From Phycisphaerales bacterium (lineage in GTDB: Bacteria > Planctomycetota > Phycisphaerae > Phycisphaerales > UBA1924): a DNA stretch of 64,000 nt. Below, piece after piece: positions 29,764-39,669 of the stretch (within the stretch, counting starts at the first letter, position 1; each line of letters opens with the position of its first letter). Below the pieces are notes generated by a model that searched no databases, was not told where the DNA came from, and saw only the letters and a program-made list of their open reading frames with translations. The translations under genes and the position numbers were made by a program. The stretch is from the NCBI GenBank assembly GCA_965227775.1, contig OZ245777.1:896001-960000 (forward strand), in the 5' to 3' direction.

Positions 29764-30466
29764 GTACGGCACGGTAGCCCACGCCGCGGACGGTCTTGAT
29801 GTGCCGGCCCCACTGGCCCATCTTGCGGCGGATGCTCGTGATGTGCACGTCGATGGTCCGCTCGGTCACCGTCACGCCCGGGCCCATCGCGTGGTTCATC
29901 AGCGCGCTGCGAGACAGCACCTTGCCGTCCGCCTCGATCAGTGCCGAGAGCAGCCTGAACTCGGTGAGCGTGAAGGGGATGGTTTCGCCCTCGAGGGTCG
30001 CCTCGTGCGTTTCCAGATCGAGCGCCACCCCGCCCAGGCGGAGCACCTGCTCGCTCACCCGGTTGCGGCCCTGGGTGCGGCGGAACACCGCCTCCACGCG
30101 CGCCATCAGGATCTTCATCGAGAACGGCTTGGTGACGTAGTCGTCGGCACCCACCGTCAGCCCGACCACCTGGTCCACCTCGTCGGCCTTGGCCGTCAGC
30201 ATGATGATGGGAACGTGGCTGATGCTCTTGTCCGCTCGGATCTGCCGGGCGACCTCGGTGCCCGACAAGTCAGGCAGCATCAGGTCGAGCAGCACCAGGT
30301 CCGGCCCGAGCGCTCGGGCCTTCGAGACGCCGTCCGGCCCTGTGTGGGCCGTTATCGTCCTATAACCATTGTTGCGGAGGTTGTACTCGAGCAGATCGGA
30401 GAGGTCGCGCTCGTCCTCCACGATCAGAACCAGCTTCTCGACCGCCTTCTGGCTGCTTGCGACCAT
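29744..30466 (-). CDS. phoB: PhoB/OmpR family response regulator
   Basis: IVEDE, LDLMLPD, MLTAK, GADDYVTKPFS, RTIDVHITSIRRK, TVRGVGY; start uncertain (alternative 30538). Confidence 0.85.
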   Translation of the reverse strand: MVASSQKAVEKLVLIVEDERDLSDLLEYNLRNNGYRTITAHTGPDGVSKARALGPDLVLLDLMLPDLSGTEVARQIRADKSISHVPIIMLTAKADEVDQVVGLTVGADDYVTKPFSMKILMARVEAVFRRTQGRNRVSEQVLRLGGVALDLETHEATLEGETIPFTLTEFRLLSALIEADGKVLSRSALMNHAMGPGVTVTERTIDVHITSIRRKMGQWGRHIKTVRGVGYRAVHELAPA

Positions 30467-30558
30467 GCCCTCATCCTCTTCAACGTCCCGCTTGGCCCGG
30501 GCTCGGGCCCTGTCGGGCGTCGGATTGTTGGGCGTCATGGCATGGCTCCCAGGCAGGG

Positions 30559-30591
30559 TACACACGACTTTAACATATCTTCGCATTCAAA
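30559..30591. promoter_or_regulatory. Possible Pho-box-like direct repeats
   Basis: TACACA-N5-TTAACA (11-bp period) followed by TTCGCA, between phoB and the porin gene. Confidence 0.35.
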
Positions 30592-31043
30592 AGAAGATTC
30601 TGGTGTCCACTGACGCATCCGGCCGAAAAACTGATCGGACGCGTAGTTGGCAAGGGCTAAGTTGCTTGCTACGATCTCGGCTTCCCGCCCGGGTGACGGG
30701 CCGAAGCCATGCGGAACACGGCCGTTCAAAGCGGTCTCCGCAACGATTCGAAGGCTTGCCAAGGTGTGGCCTCGAGAAAGGCCAGGCCAGCACAAGCCAG
30801 AAAGATGGGTTACCTCCGGCGTCTTGGGGATGCCGGTCTTGGCTGACGACTCTGGCTCAGGACGAGCCAACGGCAGCCGTGCTTGGGGGCTCATGGTCGA
30901 GCCCGATGGGTCGGTGGCGTGGGTGGAACCCCAGTTCATCGGCAACGACGTGCTACCGGCCAATGCAACGTGCGGCCGGGCACGCTGGTGGAGTCGGGCG
31001 GCCAATCTTCCGCCCCTGAATCTCGAAGAAGGAGTCTCGTACG

Positions 31044-32252
31044 ATGAGTCACACGAAGGCCACAGTGCTGCTCGCGGGCCTCGCCATGGGCCTTGGTGGC
31101 ACGGCGATCGCTCAGACCTCGAGCCTGGACGAAGCCCGCTCGTTCGCCGCGGAAACCCGCAGCGACGCCTCGCGCGCCACGCTCAGCCAGGGTGCCGCGA
31201 CCGGTCCGACCGTGTTCGGCCGCCTGCAGTTCCAGTACAACGTCACCCTGATCGATGACCCGGTGCCCGCCACCGGCGAGGACTACGCCAACGGCTTCCA
31301 GAACCGCCGCGCCCGCCTGGGTGCCAAGGGCGAAGTCGGCGAGTTCGACTACTACGTCCAGGGTAACTTCGCTCGTAACGGCGGCAGCTTCGAGCTGCTG
31401 GACTACCACATCAGCGTGCCCGTTCCCGGCATGGAGGACGACGCCAAGCTGAAGTTCGGTCAGTTCAAGGCTCCGTTCCTGTACGAGGAGCTGGTCTCCT
31501 CGGGCAGCCAGCCGCTGGTCGATCGCTCGTTCACCAACAGCCGCTTCAGCCAAGGCCGCAGCCAGGGCGTCTCGTTCATCTACGCCGGTAACGAGGACGA
31601 CGACTACAAGGTCGAGGTCAACTTCTCCGACGGCTTCAACTCGGCCAACACCGGCTTCGCGAGCACGGCCGAGGCCGACTTCGCCATCGGTGGCCGCTTT
31701 GACTACAAGGTCCAAGGCGCCTGGAGCGACTTCAAGGACTTCACCGCGACGCAGGATCAGGAGCAGGCCCTCCGCTTCGGTGGTGCCATCTTCTACCAGC
31801 AGGGTGACGGCACCTATGCCCTGGGCAGCGGTGCGACCACCGAGCTCGACCTGCTGAGCATTACCGTTGACGGTCAGTGGGAGAGCAACGGCATCACCGT
31901 GTACGGTGCGTTCATCTTCCAGGACGCCGACGCCGGTGCTGCTGGCGATGTCTCCGATATGGGCTTCGTCGCCCAGGCGTCGTATCGCTTCAACGAGAAC
32001 GACGAGATCGCCGGCCGCCTCGACTACATCCTGGCCGATGCCAGCGGCGTCGATGACTTCGTCGCCCTGACCTTCGGTTACACCCGTTACATCTATGGCG
32101 ACCAGAGCGCCAAGTTCGTTGTCGACGTGTTCTTCGTCTTCGAGACGGTGAACATGACCCCGCTCAGCGGTGGTAGCGAGGGCCTCGCCCTGCTGCCCGA
32201 CAACGGCGACCCGCAGGCCGGTGCCCGCGGCATGTTCCAGCTGAACTTCTGA
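31044..32252 (+). CDS. Outer-membrane porin, phosphate-selective OprO/OprP-like
   Basis: Signal peptide; GRLQFQY, RRARLG, GQFKAPF..EEL.S, C-terminal F; AAGGAG SD; divergent from phoBR. Confidence 0.85.
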   Translation: MSHTKATVLLAGLAMGLGGTAIAQTSSLDEARSFAAETRSDASRATLSQGAATGPTVFGRLQFQYNVTLIDDPVPATGEDYANGFQNRRARLGAKGEVGEFDYYVQGNFARNGGSFELLDYHISVPVPGMEDDAKLKFGQFKAPFLYEELVSSGSQPLVDRSFTNSRFSQGRSQGVSFIYAGNEDDDYKVEVNFSDGFNSANTGFASTAEADFAIGGRFDYKVQGAWSDFKDFTATQDQEQALRFGGAIFYQQGDGTYALGSGATTELDLLSITVDGQWESNGITVYGAFIFQDADAGAAGDVSDMGFVAQASYRFNENDEIAGRLDYILADASGVDDFVALTFGYTRYIYGDQSAKFVVDVFFVFETVNMTPLSGGSEGLALLPDNGDPQAGARGMFQLNF

Positions 32253-32289
32253 TCTTCCAGAAGCCAGCAGGACTGAGTTGATTCAAAGA

Positions 32290-32323
32290 GCGGGCGGCCC
32301 GGTGTGGGTCGCCCGCTTCTTTT
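32290..32323 (+). terminator. Intrinsic terminator after the porin gene
   Basis: GCGGGCGGCCC-GGTGT-GGGTCGCCCGC-TTCTTTT. Confidence 0.8.
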
Positions 32324-32375
32324 GTGTCTCCGCACGCTCATCTCGTACGCGCCCCCGCGAACGAGATTCCTCTGC

Positions 32376-34247
32376 CTACATGCGATCAAGCGTGGGTAGC
32401 CCAAGCACGCCCAGACCATCGTCGAGCACGCGGGCCGTCAGGTCGCACAGCCACAGCCGGCTGTCACGCGTCGCATCGTCTTCGGCCCCCAGTACCTTGC
32501 ACGACTGGTAGAAGCCGCTAAACCGATTTGCGATCTCGAGCATGTGCTGGCACAGGCGGTGCGGCTCTAAGTGCTCGCCCACGGCGCGCACGACCGACGG
32601 ATACCGCAAGAGCGCCATCGCGAGTTGCTTCTCGGCCCCGTGCTCGATGCGCACGCTCGCGTCCTTCCAGGCATCGCCCACGCCGCGCGCGTCTGCCTCA
32701 CGGAACATGCTGCGGATGCGTACCAGCGCGTAGAGCAAGTACGGCCCGGTATCGCCCTCAAACGCCAGGATGCGATCGAAGTCGAACACGTAGTCGCGGA
32801 CGCGGTCGTTCGAAAGATCGGCAAACTTGAGCGCCGCCATCGCGACGACCTCGCCGGTCTTCTCCCGCGCTTCGGCATCGAGCCCGTCATTGCGCTCGGC
32901 GACAACCCTTTCGGCTCTTTCGTGCGCCTCGTCCAGAAGGTCTTGCAGCTTCACACTCTCGCCCGAGCGCGTCTTGAAGGGCTTGCCGTCCGTTCCCAGG
33001 ATGGTGCCGAACGCCGCGTGCTCCAGGCTTGCGTCCACACCGTCGGGTGTCGTTGCATACCCGGCCTTGCGCGCCGCGGCGAAGACTTGGCGGAAGTGCA
33101 TCGCCTGGCGTACGTCCACGCAGTAGATCACGCGGCTGGCGCCAAAGTCGCGCACACGCCGCCTGATCGCCGCGACATCGGTGGTCGCGTATAAGAATCC
33201 GCCGTCACCCTTGCGCATCAGCGCGGGCGGGTCCTTGCCCTCGCCGCGCACGACAAGCGCGCCGCCGTCTTCCTCGGCCACGCCGCGATTCACCAGGTCA
33301 TCGACCATCGGCCCGAGCTCGTCGCGATAGCTGGACTCGCCCGCGCTGGCTTCCAGCGTGATGCGCGTGTGCATGCGCCGGCACACGTCCATGCACGCGC
33401 CCATCGTGACATCGCTGATGCGTTGCCACAAGTCAACGGCCCACTGCTCACCGCCCTGCAGCGCCACGAGCGTCGCCTTGGCACGCGCCATTGCCTCGTC
33501 GGCGTCGGCAACCTCGGCCTCGAGCTCGGCCAGCACCTTCGGGCCAAGGTCCCACTTAGTGGCCAGCCGCAGGCCCGTACGCCCGGCGTCTGTGCGCTTC
33601 TTCATGGCCTTGTAAATCGCGTCGAGATCGTCGAGCGTCACGGTGTTGAGGTCGAGCCGGCCCGCCTCGCTCTCGCGATGGAGCTCGTCGACCACCATCG
33701 CGATGGGCAGGCCCCAGTCGCCCACGTGGTTCTGGCGGATGGCGTTGTGCCCAAGCCGCTCGAACGTCCGTGCGATCGCATCGCCGATGACGATCGCCCG
33801 GATGTGCCCCACGTGCATCTGCTTCGCGAGATTCACGCCGCACACATCAACCACGATCTTCTGCGGTGTCGCGACAGGCGGCAGGCCCAGGTCGTCTCCG
33901 GCCATCTCGCCAAGCAGCCCCGCGAGAGCCGGCCCGCGCAGCGAGATGTTGATGAACCCAGGTCCGGCGATTGACGCGTCGTCGAGCGGTTCGGCGATGT
34001 CCGAGATGTCCACCGCCTCGACGATGGCGGCCGCCACGTCGCGCGGGTTGCGCTTCACCATCTTGCCTAGCGCCATCGCGGCGTTGCACTGGAAATCGCC
34101 CATGGCCGCCTTCTTGCTGGGCGCAATCAGCGGGTCGGCCTTGCCGGCAACCTCCGGAAACGCGCGGTCGATCGCGGCACGGAACCGCTCATCAAGGATC
34201 GCGACCGGGTCGAGTTGGGCTGCCGGCAGGCTCTGGCTCGTGCTCAT
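32376..34247 (-). CDS. argS: Arginine--tRNA ligase
   Basis: GDFQCN, AGPGFIN, NLAKQMHVGH (HIGH), NHVGDWG, LYATTD, KTRSG, GDTGPYL. Confidence 0.97.
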   Translation of the reverse strand: MSTSQSLPAAQLDPVAILDERFRAAIDRAFPEVAGKADPLIAPSKKAAMGDFQCNAAMALGKMVKRNPRDVAAAIVEAVDISDIAEPLDDASIAGPGFINISLRGPALAGLLGEMAGDDLGLPPVATPQKIVVDVCGVNLAKQMHVGHIRAIVIGDAIARTFERLGHNAIRQNHVGDWGLPIAMVVDELHRESEAGRLDLNTVTLDDLDAIYKAMKKRTDAGRTGLRLATKWDLGPKVLAELEAEVADADEAMARAKATLVALQGGEQWAVDLWQRISDVTMGACMDVCRRMHTRITLEASAGESSYRDELGPMVDDLVNRGVAEEDGGALVVRGEGKDPPALMRKGDGGFLYATTDVAAIRRRVRDFGASRVIYCVDVRQAMHFRQVFAAARKAGYATTPDGVDASLEHAAFGTILGTDGKPFKTRSGESVKLQDLLDEAHERAERVVAERNDGLDAEAREKTGEVVAMAALKFADLSNDRVRDYVFDFDRILAFEGDTGPYLLYALVRIRSMFREADARGVGDAWKDASVRIEHGAEKQLAMALLRYPSVVRAVGEHLEPHRLCQHMLEIANRFSGFYQSCKVLGAEDDATRDSRLWLCDLTARVLDDGLGVLGLPTLDRM

Positions 34248-34265
34248 CGGGCCATCGTACGGGCC

Positions 34266-35102
34266 CTACTGCTCGCGCGCCCACGACCGAAGCCGCTCGC
34301 GCAGCTCATCGGCGTACCGCAGCGTCGAGGTTGAGGCCATCAGCACCTCGTCGTCTCGCAGCACCGCTACGCGGCCGCGCTCGACCGCGGGAATCGGCAG
34401 GTCGGCGATCGGCCCAAGCAGCGATCGCCAATCTTCGGCCTTGCCCGGGGCCAGCAGCACGATCGCGTCGGGCGAGATCGTGAGCACGTCCTCGACATCC
34501 AGCGGCATGTACGGCCGACCATCGTCGAGCGCCGAAACGCCACCCAGCCGCAGCAGCACCTCATGGTGCACCGATCCGGGCCCCAGCGCCGCTACCGGCG
34601 TACCAGGCAAGAGCAACAGCACGCGACAGGCGTCAGCAAGCTCGGCGTCCGACGCGAGCGCCGCCTCGAATCGCTCGCCAGGCGGCGGGCCCGCATCGAC
34701 CTCCTCCGACACCAGCGCGTGCACGTCTGCGGCCACGTCGGCCAGTTGCTCCAGGCTCGTCAGCTCAAACGCCCGCACCTCGAAGCCGACCCGGCCGGCC
34801 AGCTCTGTCAGACCCACCGGCACGGCCGACGCGCCCGACTCGTAGAACACGTGCGTCGCCTCGACGCCCGAGAGCCGCTCGAGATCGATGCCCGCCGCGT
34901 CCCCCACCACTGGCAGCGCCGGATCGAGCGCGACGTCGTACCCCGACCGCCCAACGGCCAGCCCTTCGGCCCCGAAGTCTCGCAGCATAATGCCGACCGC
35001 CGGGCTCGTCGTCGCGATGCGCAGCCCGCTTTCGGGCGGTGAGCTTGGAGCTTTACCACACGCGGCGAGAACGAACAAGAGCAGGAACGCAAGCCACCTC
35101 AC
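34266..35102 (-). CDS. Periplasmic-binding lipoprotein, BtuF/Fe-siderophore-like and divergent
   Basis: Lipobox LAAC; RIATTSPA, VGRSGYD, IDLERL, IPAVERGRV; start overlaps the upstream stop. Confidence 0.7.
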   Translation of the reverse strand: MRWLAFLLLFVLAACGKAPSSPPESGLRIATTSPAVGIMLRDFGAEGLAVGRSGYDVALDPALPVVGDAAGIDLERLSGVEATHVFYESGASAVPVGLTELAGRVGFEVRAFELTSLEQLADVAADVHALVSEEVDAGPPPGERFEAALASDAELADACRVLLLLPGTPVAALGPGSVHHEVLLRLGGVSALDDGRPYMPLDVEDVLTISPDAIVLLAPGKAEDWRSLLGPIADLPIPAVERGRVAVLRDDEVLMASTSTLRYADELRERLRSWAREQ

Positions 35103-36460
35103 GCCAGCACCGCCGTCGCCTCGCGCACGTGCGCGTCAAGATCTCTGAGCGCGGCATCATCGTGCAGCGCGAACGGCCAGGTGCGATCGAGCACCTGGTC
35201 CATGTCCTGCAACCGCTCATGCTCGGCGTTCGCGTTCTGACGCATGGCATCGAGCGTGGCTCCGCCGGCGTTGCGAGCCTCGTGCAGCACAGACCGCAAC
35301 TCGTTGAATAATCGCCGCCGCTCGCTCGAGTGCCGGGGTGCATCCGTGATGGCTTTCACGATCTCGTCGCGCTTCTGCTGCCGATCGTGTTGATCGAGCA
35401 TCTCGGGATGGTGCCTCGCGTGATGCAGCCGCCATGCGGCTCCGGCGGCGCGCGTGGGGTCGGGCAGCGGGCCATCGCGCAGCGGCAGCCGCAGCGTTGC
35501 TGTCGCCACCACGCCGGGCCCGATGTCGGCCTTGCCCATCCACGCGTCAAGCCACGCGTGCGTCACGGCGTCATACGCCTCGCCCCCGGTGCCCATCACC
35601 CACGCATCGCACAGCAGCGTGCGCGCAAAGCCGGTCATCGACAGTGCCCTTGGTGCGATTTGTTCGGGCAGCGGCGCATCGCCGAATACGGGCCGCCTGG
35701 GCTTCTCGGGCGTAAGCGCCCACAGCGGCAGCTCCCACTTTGGCGCCATGTCGAGCGAACGCACGCCCGCATCCGCATTGTCCTGAGCCGCCGCGTTGTA
35801 CGCGAGCACGCAGCCGCGCGCCTCGCGGTGCATGCGATCGGCCCACATCCTGAACGCCGCGCCTCGTGCCATGGTGGACGCCATCAGCGTCGCATCGACC
35901 TCGATGCCGAGCGCGTCCCGCGCGATGTCCAGCATCGCCCCCGTGTACTGCCGCGCGAGCGATGGCTCGCCCCGCCGCGCCGAAAGCGCCGTGTGCAAGC
36001 GGTCCAGGCCTTGTTTCGCAGCCTCGTGCGGCCACTCCGTGCGCGCATCGCGTGGGGTCGTGCCGGGCTCGATCGTCAGCCGAGAGCCCGTCGGCGTTCC
36101 CGGGCGCACGAACGCGCCCGCATCCACCAGCCACTCGCGTCGCTTCAGCCGGCCCTCGTGCGTGCACGCGGGGTACGCGACCATCGTCGGCTCGTTGGCG
36201 TCCTGGTCAGGCGTGAGCCACACGAGCGCCGCGTCATTCCGCTTGGCGAGTTCATCCGCGGCGATCAGCTTTGCGAGGATGCCCGCGTGCCACGCCTCGG
36301 CCTGGTGCCCCACCATCACGATGGGCTTGTCGACGGGCAACCCGAGCTCGGCACGGGCCGCCGCCTTCGCCGCAGATGGTTTTGCGAGCGCGTGGATGGT
36401 GGTGCCCGACTCGGCGTGCACCGAAACCGACGCGAGCAGTTGCTCCATCACGCCGGACAT
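35099..36460 (-). CDS. Hypothetical protein, remote BshC-like ligase
   Basis: MVGHQ..WHAGILAK...LVWL..DQD, L.PRALS and GTGGEAY recall BshC motifs; C-terminal coiled coil. Confidence 0.6.
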   Translation of the reverse strand: MSGVMEQLLASVSVHAESGTTIHALAKPSAAKAAARAELGLPVDKPIVMVGHQAEAWHAGILAKLIAADELAKRNDAALVWLTPDQDANEPTMVAYPACTHEGRLKRREWLVDAGAFVRPGTPTGSRLTIEPGTTPRDARTEWPHEAAKQGLDRLHTALSARRGEPSLARQYTGAMLDIARDALGIEVDATLMASTMARGAAFRMWADRMHREARGCVLAYNAAAQDNADAGVRSLDMAPKWELPLWALTPEKPRRPVFGDAPLPEQIAPRALSMTGFARTLLCDAWVMGTGGEAYDAVTHAWLDAWMGKADIGPGVVATATLRLPLRDGPLPDPTRAAGAAWRLHHARHHPEMLDQHDRQQKRDEIVKAITDAPRHSSERRRLFNELRSVLHEARNAGGATLDAMRQNANAEHERLQDMDQVLDRTWPFALHDDAALRDLDAHVREATAVLA

Positions 36461-37173
36461 CGCCGCGCCAGCCGATCGGAACAGCGAGCAAGCTCGCGCG
36501 CGAGCACCTCGCGATAGTGCGTCAGCCGATGATCGTGATCGTCGAGCGGCCCGCCGAACGAGCGCGTCGCGTCGTTATAGATCAGGCGCACGGGCAGCTC
36601 GCCGATGCGCAGCCCCGCCGCGACCGCCTGCACCCAGAACTGCATCGGGAACGCGTAGCCATCGACGTCGAGGTCGAGTTGCTGCAACGCCGACACGCGA
36701 TAGGCCTTGAAGCCGCAGAACGCGTCGGTCAGCTTCAATCCCAGGCGGCTGTTGAGCCCGTCGGTGATGAGGCCGTTGATCTGCCGGCGTTCCTCGGGCG
36801 GTGCGTCGTTCTCGGGGTGCACGTCGAGGTACCGCGAGCCGCTCACGACATCCAGGTCGTCGCGCTCGATGGCTTGCAAGAAGTCGGGAATGGACGCGGG
36901 CTCGTGCTGCTCGTCGCAGTCCATGGTGATGACCCAGTCGAACTTGTCGACCGCGGCCCACCGGAACGCGTCCATCAACGACCTGCCATACCCGCGGTTG
37001 TTCGCGTGGCGGATGACCTCGACGGGAAATTTAGCCAGCAGCGACGGCGTCGCGTCGGTCGAGCCATCATCGAGCACCAGCACGTCGGGCAGGTACTCGC
37101 TCACACGGCCCAGTACGCGCTGCACGTACTTCTCTTCGTTGTAGACAGGGATGGCAAGCAACGTTCGGGCCAT
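36448..37173 (-). CDS. Glycosyltransferase family 2 (DPM1/polyprenol-phosphate GT-like)
   Basis: IPVYNE, DDGSTD, NRGYG, MDCDEQH, GSRY, TDAFCGFKAYR. Confidence 0.92.
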   Translation of the reverse strand: MARTLLAIPVYNEEKYVQRVLGRVSEYLPDVLVLDDGSTDATPSLLAKFPVEVIRHANNRGYGRSLMDAFRWAAVDKFDWVITMDCDEQHEPASIPDFLQAIERDDLDVVSGSRYLDVHPENDAPPEERRQINGLITDGLNSRLGLKLTDAFCGFKAYRVSALQQLDLDVDGYAFPMQFWVQAVAAGLRIGELPVRLIYNDATRSFGGPLDDHDHRLTHYREVLARELARCSDRLARRCPA

Positions 37174-37212
37174 GGATCCTCCTGCGGGGGCGCTCATTCA
37201 AGGAGCCGACGG

Positions 37213-37890
37213 TTACTCGTCGGCCGACGCCCCGTGGGCGGGCTCCGGAGCCGGGTAGTACGGGTCGCCCGCCTGCCCCTCGCGCTCCCCGCGCGCCAGC
37301 GAGGTGTACGCCTCGAAGCCGAAGGGCATGTCGCGCCCCTCGCTCCCCCGGCGTTGCGAACGGTTCTGCCGCCCCGCTTCTTCGATCTTCTGCATGAGTT
37401 CGGGCGTCAACGCGTGGAAGGCCCGAATCTCGTGCACGGGGATGGTGTACAGCTCGCCCGCGGGCGTCTTGATCTGGAAGATGCTGCACTCGACCGCCTG
37501 CGACACCGCCCGGTCGGCCTCATCGCCCTGGATGCCGCAGGCCAACATGGGATACACCTCGCCGATGGCGATCCGCTCGCCGCCGTGTGTCAGGATCGCC
37601 ATGCGACCGTCGAAGAGCTCCGGCTCGGGCTCGGTGGGCGTCACGCTGCTGACCATCTGGCTGCCGCCGGGCAGCTCCATCGCGGGCGATTGCGACTTTC
37701 GCCGCAATCCCTCTGCCGAGAGCGTGGTCAGGATCTCGCGGCACATGTCGTGCCAGAACGCCTCGCGTAGCGCCATGGAATGGCTCGCCGAGGCCGGGAT
37801 CGACCCGCCCTGTCGGCGATCACGCCACGCACCACCCTCGACCACGTCGCCGCCGGCCCGCTGAGGCTTCTCTCCGTTCTGCCCACTCAT
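37213..37890 (-). CDS. Hypothetical protein
   Basis: Protein-like central globular region; co-oriented upstream of GT2. Confidence 0.7.
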   Translation of the reverse strand: MSGQNGEKPQRAGGDVVEGGAWRDRRQGGSIPASASHSMALREAFWHDMCREILTTLSAEGLRRKSQSPAMELPGGSQMVSSVTPTEPEPELFDGRMAILTHGGERIAIGEVYPMLACGIQGDEADRAVSQAVECSIFQIKTPAGELYTIPVHEIRAFHALTPELMQKIEEAGRQNRSQRRGSEGRDMPFGFEAYTSLARGEREGQAGDPYYPAPEPAHGASADE

Positions 37891-37951
37891 ACGAAGCGAC
37901 AATAGCGGCCCGCGCACCCCAGCGAGCAATCTTCTACCGTGGACATACGCA

Positions 37952-39130
37952 CTATCCCTCAGCTTCAGCCAAGGCCTCGGCCCGCGTCGCAGCCAGGCCC
38001 CGCCGGACGTACTCGATCTCCCGGGCCCACGCCCGAGCGGCGGTGTCTTCCACACCCGGCAGGTCGGCCTGCACCGGGGCCCGCGTCCGCAAGACCTCGG
38101 GGTGCCGTTGGGCGATGGCCTCGAAGTCCTTCAGCGCTGCCTCCCCACGCTCGACAGTGGCCAGCGCCGTCCGCCCGCGCTCCCGCACGGCTCGGTCGTA
38201 GGCGCCGCGGCTCAGCCCGCTCTCGATGCGCTCGCGCAGCTGGTCCTTTGCCAGCGCCGACTCGGCCCGCGCCAAGCGCATCAGCCGGTGCCCCTCGGCG
38301 ATCTGCTCTTGCAGGTCGCTGCGCAGGCTCACCCGCTCGGTCCGCACGCCGCGGGCGGCCTCTTCGCCCAGCGCCAGCCGCAGCACACGCCGGGCCGAGC
38401 TCTCCGCTCCGTCGATCATGTGCAGCGCTGCCGCGATCTCCGCAGTAACGTGGCCCTTCGTCCCGCCCTCGGCCCGCGGCTCTACGAGCGTGAGCAGGCC
38501 GCCTTCTTCGCCCGGCGCGACAGGCCCGGTCATCAGCTCGCACTCGCCGGCGATCAGCCGCGTTGCGCGCACCGGCCTTGACGGTCGGAGCAGCCCCTCG
38601 GCCAGGCTGGTGCTAGCGCCGCGGCGCTCGAGCGCGACCCAGAGCTCCGAGTACCGCTCGCGCATCATGCGATCCCGATCGACGCCCTCGGGCATGAGGT
38701 CGTTGCTCGCCGGCGGGCCGTCCCAGGTCACGCCTAGCCCGGGCTCGATCCACGATGCCGAGCCGAGCACCGCGAGCTCGAGCTGCGCCGGTCCGGCTGC
38801 TCCGCCTCCCTCCCCAGCCAGCCACACCCATACCGGCGCCGGTGCCTCAGAAATCGCCGAGCCCAACGCCCACGCCAGGTCATCACGGATCCGGTCCGGT
38901 GCCAGCTCCAGCAGCACGCCCTCGAACCTCGGGTTGGCCCCGCGCTCCAGCTGGATACGTAGTTCTCGGACCAAGGCCGCAGAATCGATCGGCCCCTCGA
39001 CCCGAACGTGCAAGACAACCGCCGTCCGTTCACGCTCCAGACCCAGCATGCACGCACTGCAGCACAGGAGCAACGCCGCCGCAAGCAGCCGCCCTAGGCC
39101 TCGAATATCCAGGAAACCACCCACGCGCAC
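37952..39130 (-). CDS. Exported protein with degenerate NfeD/ClpP-crotonase-like domain
   Basis: Signal/lipoprotein-like N-terminus; V.VEGPID...VLLEL...APVWVW...A.L.LA....WIEPG pattern. Confidence 0.55.
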   Translation of the reverse strand: MRVGGFLDIRGLGRLLAAALLLCCSACMLGLERERTAVVLHVRVEGPIDSAALVRELRIQLERGANPRFEGVLLELAPDRIRDDLAWALGSAISEAPAPVWVWLAGEGGGAAGPAQLELAVLGSASWIEPGLGVTWDGPPASNDLMPEGVDRDRMMRERYSELWVALERRGASTSLAEGLLRPSRPVRATRLIAGECELMTGPVAPGEEGGLLTLVEPRAEGGTKGHVTAEIAAALHMIDGAESSARRVLRLALGEEAARGVRTERVSLRSDLQEQIAEGHRLMRLARAESALAKDQLRERIESGLSRGAYDRAVRERGRTALATVERGEAALKDFEAIAQRHPEVLRTRAPVQADLPGVEDTAARAWAREIEYVRRGLAATRAEALAEAEG

Positions 39131-39324
39131 ACCCCCGGTGTCGGCCTTCCGGCAGCAGGGTACCCGAAAGTCCGCGAACTCGGCAATCGAATTTCACTTC
39201 GCGGCGTCCCTGGACGGTTGTGGCACGAATCGACCACAAACCCTGTCCCTCACTCCACTTTGAGGAAAGTGGCGTCCGGAACCCGCCGATGCCTGAGGGC
39301 AACCACGGTGCGGGAGGCACGACT

Positions 39325-39630
39325 ATGGAAAATGGCAAGCGGGAGTTCGACGAGCTCCGCAACATCCTGAAGAAGCTCGATCGTTCACTCGACGAGGCGC
39401 AGCACAAGCGCACGCACGGCTCGACGCCGCCCGTGCCCAGCCCGGCCCACGTGCCCCAGCAGGCAACCCCCGCACCGGCCGTCCCAGCCGCGCACCCCGC
39501 GCCCACGTCGCCCGCGGTCATTCCCGACGAGGACCAACCGGTCGAGGGTCAGCCCGGCCGGCTCAAGGCAAAGCCCCTCCGCCGCAACCGACCCGACAAC
39601 TCCGGTCCGTCGCACGGCTGGGTCCGCTGA
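39325..39630 (+). CDS. Small Pro-rich hypothetical protein
   Basis: GGAGG SD; N-terminal helix REFDELRNILKKLDRSLDEA and C-terminal RLKAKPLR. Confidence 0.7.
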   Translation: MENGKREFDELRNILKKLDRSLDEAQHKRTHGSTPPVPSPAHVPQQATPAPAVPAAHPAPTSPAVIPDEDQPVEGQPGRLKAKPLRRNRPDNSGPSHGWVR

Positions 39631-39669
39631 GCCCCACGCACCGTCCGCACCGACACCAGGGAACACGCC

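Noticed and set aside
39262..39280. GAGGAAAGT resembling the RNase P RNA 5' signature
   Set aside because: Continues GGCG rather than CC, has no matching 3' conserved region, and a CDS follows closely.
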